64,000 bases of DNA from the human T2T-CHM13v2.0 reference genome, Homo sapiens: assembly GCF_009914755.1 (NCBI RefSeq), contig NC_060931.1, one strand, 5' to 3'. Position numbers and translations under genes: made by a program. The notes beneath the pieces are model-generated. The model worked only from the letters and a program-made list of their open reading frames with translations. It was not told the origin of the DNA and made no database searches. Position 1 is the stretch's first letter; every line of letters begins with the position of its first letter. This document shows positions 59,790-64,000 of this stretch, one piece after another.

Positions 59790-62700
59790 CATGTGAATAA
59801 GAGGTTTGATTTGTTCCTCTCATAGAAACTAATCTTTTGCTCATAGAAACTGAGACTTGTAAGTAATGCTGAGATTGCTGTGTTTCTCTACAGAGGAATT
59901 TTTTATCAATAAAAGTTTTCAATTGCTTTTTTTTTTTTTTTTTTTTTACAAAAATAGCTTATATCTAGCAAAACTACTGGAACAGCATAAGAAATGTAGG
60001 TTAGCAAGATGGCTGGAAGTTCTCAAACTTTTTCATTTACCATTTTGACCCAGGTGGGTGAACTTCTTTAAGGGAAACTTTGCTTCTCAGGTTAAACACC
60101 TGTGACTAGCATTAGATTTATTCCTCCTACTGGACTTCCAGGCAGTGGCTAATGGTGACAGAACACCTGTGTTTGTTGTAGAGGCTGCAGTAATTTTTCT
60201 TGGCTAGGCAATTTGCTCTAACTTTCCATATATCAATAACCTTCTTATTCCAAGTGCTAAATATGGAAGCTCCATTAAACTCTGTCAGAGTTTGCTTCCT
60301 TGCATTCTGCCCTCTGTACTTCTGTTCCTTGACCTTCTAGGAGATCGCGTTCTGGTTACCTGAACCAGTATAGGAAATGAAAAAACTTTGTAAAGTATAA
60401 CACGCTAGAGAAATATAAGGCAATATTATTGACATTGTTGTCAAGAAAAGTGATGTAAAATGAAATTCTCTTATGTTTGTTTAAAGGGGCAAAAGCAAGC
60501 CATTTTTTAGAAAAAAATCCTAAAATACTAGATTCCATATTTGTGAAATATTATAAGCTGATGCAATGTCCCCTGGTTTTCAATCTTCCAAGGTCTCTTC
60601 AACCAGAAAGCTATTTCTATCAGCCTTATTTCCATTGCTGCATACATGGTTTTGGGCCTTGACCCAAACCTCGGACAATGAACTGGAGTAAAACAGGGCC
60701 AGCTGTCTAAGCAATGCCCAGAAGTTTGCCAAACCTAATGGGTATTTATGGCCTTGGCACAAGCACAGGAGGAAGAAAAAGAAAACTCTGGTGTGATCTG
60801 AGCCAACCTTCTCAACCTTCTTGAATTTCTCCTTTATAAAATCAAAGCGTTGTGTTAGATTATCTTTAACATGTTTAAAAGCTCTAAGGCTTTGAGTCTC
60901 AATGAAACCTATGAGAAATGGGAAAGGAGAAAGGGAGAGATGAAAAAATGAAAAAGAGGAGGAAGGAACAAAAGAGAGAGAATAGACATACACAGGGTTG
61001 AGAGAGCATCACATTAATTAATTACCTTGGAGGTGATTCAATGATATAGAGCAAGAAAGCACCTCATCTGGCGTTCAAAGGAACTGAATAAGCAAATAAG
61101 TAAATAAACAAACTACAAAATTCTTAACTCATTTTCTCACTGGTCAAAAGTGATTTAATGTCCACTTGACACTTGGTTATTATTCATGTATCCCTTTGGG
61201 TTACATCTTTAGTTAATCTAGTTATATGGCATCACTGATATTGGCATTATCAATGGCTTGTAAAAGCCATTAAATTGGAGGCAGTTCTGGGAAGAATGAA
61301 AATATGACTCTGAGAAATCTAAAAAGATATCTCAGTTTCTGAATAAAGTCTCTGAAATATGAAGAACAACTGGTAGGGCATTTACCCTATCTACTTTCTT
61401 TGTTGGCTAATAATTATGAAAGTAAACGTTCAACTGCAGAATCACAAAGTTTATAAATAATAACCATAAATGGGTAGTTTGTCAAAGTGAAAATTCCTTG
61501 ACCATGTTTCTTTTTGTTGATACTGTCCTCTAGATAGGCTATTAGAGGATAAATGAAAATGGATATTTAACAAGATTTTAGGAGAAATTTATATGTATGT
61601 GTTACTGTATAAATTTAATTTTAAAAGGAAAAAATCTGCATTGAGAAGGCTAAAGCTTAGATGTATTTGAATGTAGAGAACAGTTGGAAAGAAAGGGTGT
61701 TTTGAAGTTCAATCAACGAGACAGATCACTGGAGGGAGCTCTAACTTCACAACAAAGGCAGAAAGGAACTTTTCCTTTGTTCTCAAATGTCATGTACAGC
61801 TGAAGGACCCACCCCCATACAAATCAATAATAAATATGAAAAGTGTCCAAAAAAGAAGTCTTTTTGGACATTGTATACCATTACAAATGAAGACAGGACT
61901 GCTATTCACAACTGGCAATATTTAAACAAGTCAAAAACACAGGATTATATACAGCGAGAGCCTCAGTATACCTTTTGTATAAAAAAAACTTAAAAATATA
62001 TTCTTTATAAGTTCTCCCCACTTCCATCCTTCAATGATAACAATGTAGACTCTCAGCAATTATTGCTGATTATTGAGGTCAGCCCAGCAGGCTCTAATGA
62101 TTCTCTGGATCTGACCTTAACAGAGTTTGGGTGCCCCACGGAAAGGTGGGGACTTTTAAGAGGTATGGATGTGTCTTGGCCCCATCCTTAGCAACAGCAC
62201 AACTGTGTTTGTACCAGACAAGCTCTGTAAAGGGCACTTAGTTTTTCTATAGCAGAGTGGTGAGCTTGACAGCACCCTGGACTGCCAACCAGAATACCTG
62301 GATTTTGGTCACAGCTGACTTCCTAACTACATGTGAGCTTTTGGGCTTTCTTATTTTCAAGTTCCTGGTGAAGTAGAAACAGAAGTTTGAACTACATGCT
62401 TTCTACAGTCCCCTCTAACTTGTAAGCTATCACATTACAATGTTTATTTAATTTTTTCGTACTAACTGTTTATGGTGTATAGTCATAGAAAGTGATATTT
62501 AGAGTTCAGTTCTGCCTTTTAGAAGCACAAAATTCATGCCGAGTCTAACTTAAAAAATCCACAAAACATTTTCTAAGAGTTTTTCTGTATCCTTCCCCAT
62601 ACACACTTTCTTCTCCTCTCATTACTTACCTTTTAAAGTTGGCTCCTAAGAAGCAAACCTGTAGTAGCTTTCTGAAAAATGATGCTAGGAGGCTGAATTT

Positions 62701-62802
62701 ATTCGGGATTGGCACAAGCTGATCCTGCATTGGGAATGCTGGCTAAGCAGATGGACTATGGAACAGTCTTCAGGCTGAGTTTTATAGAGTGAAGGTGTTC
62801 CC

Positions 62803-62954
62803 TCCAGCCAGCTACATAATTTGTGGGGACCCTGCTCAAAAATCGTTAAGAATTTTCAGATAGTGATAGTGTAGTATGAAAGCCAGCACAGTGCCCTTTT
62901 GAGTGTGGTGCCCTATGTGACTGCACAGGTCACACACTCATTAAGTTGGTTCTG
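62803..62954 (-). mobile_element. MER45A-like hAT-Tip100 MITE
   Basis: ccagctacataatttgtgggg...ttaagaattt...gccct.tgtgactgcacaggtcacac. Confidence 0.75.
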
Positions 62955-64000
62955 TCTGGAGAGGTGGGGACCCAAGATTCAATAAGATAGATGCATAGGG
63001 CAAGGTTTAACTCCAAAAGTATTATTCACTGTAAAAAACCAAATACAAATAAATAAAATATAGTAAAATACAAATCAACTCCTGCCAGTTTATATTTTAA
63101 AAGGTGAGAAATCGTTTCAACAAAGAAGCTGTGATTGTGTTTGGGCCAAACCCTTAAAGAAAATAATTAAATAGTTTTGGAAAGAACATTGCAGAAAGGG
63201 GAGGTGTTGAAATCATACAATAATTATGTTTACATCAATTAAAAATCTTCAGTCTGGGAAGATGTAACGACTTCTTCCAAACAGTTTCAAGATATTGGAA
63301 AGCCAGCTGGAGATACAAACAGTGGCACAAAGAGTGACAAATTTCCTTGAGGGGCTGCCAAAGTGGAGGCTTTCAAAATGCTGGAAGCATTTAGTATAAC
63401 TCTCCTACCTACAGCTTTAAAATAACTGAAATAAAGTAGCAATAGTTCAACTATGTAATTTCTTTGTGTTTTTTCTAGTATTTTATATTTGTCTGATTTC
63501 AAATAAAGATATTATTCCAGTGGGAGAAAAGTTAGCTTGGAGATGAATATACTGTATTGAAACTTTTGATGGGATACATTGTGGTTTTAAAACAACTTTG
63601 GTGCTATTTTTCCCCTCCAACAATAGCCATTATTCTGCATCGATTGACTTTATGACAGGTCTCTTTGGCATATATTTTTGAGATTAGAACTCCAAGTAAA
63701 TTGTGTGAATATTTCAGATAGCATCTTTTAATTGGCATCAGCTAAAATTCAGAATAAGCTAACTCACAGCTGTAAATTTGTTTTTCCCTTTTTCTGCATA
63801 GTATGACTTTAAGGCATCCCAACTGCTTCAGAGCCATCATCACCCTTGATATGTTGTCTTAGAAGGCTTTCCTCTTGAACAGTTTTAAGCAGGTGAAGTT
63901 CTCATTAGTGCCTCTGCCACTATCTTCCTCTCTTCCCAGACCCTAACTCTCCTATTACTCTTTGCTTTACTCTTCTCCCTAGAAGGGAGCTGATACTCTT

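Noticed and set aside
59819-59852. 12-bp direct repeat ctcatagaaact
   Set aside because: Ordinary short slippage duplication with no further structure
60580-60993. 137-aa minus-strand ORF
   Set aside because: Low-complexity start from a purine-rich tract and no recognisable domain

Overview
Primate (most likely human or other hominoid) AT-rich, repeat-dense genomic DNA with no recognisable host protein-coding exon. Nearly every long ORF in the track is a LINE-1 ORF1/ORF2 remnant or its antisense shadow. Positions 1771-21020 are one nested LINE-1 stack: a full-length old L1MA, still bounded by its target-site duplication (TSD), holding a full-length L1PB1-like element, a truncated AluS, a near full-length L1PA13-like element and a THE1B LTR, all on the minus strand. 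A full-length, TSD-flanked L1PA4-like element at 26045-32195 has disabled ORF1/ORF2, a truncated ORF0 and an antisense promoter facing the unique right flank. The right half mixes unique DNA with Alu, MIR, L2, MaLR/ERVL LTRs, hAT MITEs, a decayed L1ME and a twin-primed L1PA7-like insertion. The most unusual signals are a direct-repeat-flanked patchwork insert inside extra sequence at the L1PB 5' end, a second locally copied 34-bp patch, a ~90-nt hairpin in unique DNA, a CpG-retaining GAAA (IRF/ISRE-like) micro-array and a three-arm chimeric Alu. I found no convincing new biological system. Subfamily names come from recalled consensus sequences and need RepeatMasker/Dfam confirmation; boundaries of old repeats are approximate.
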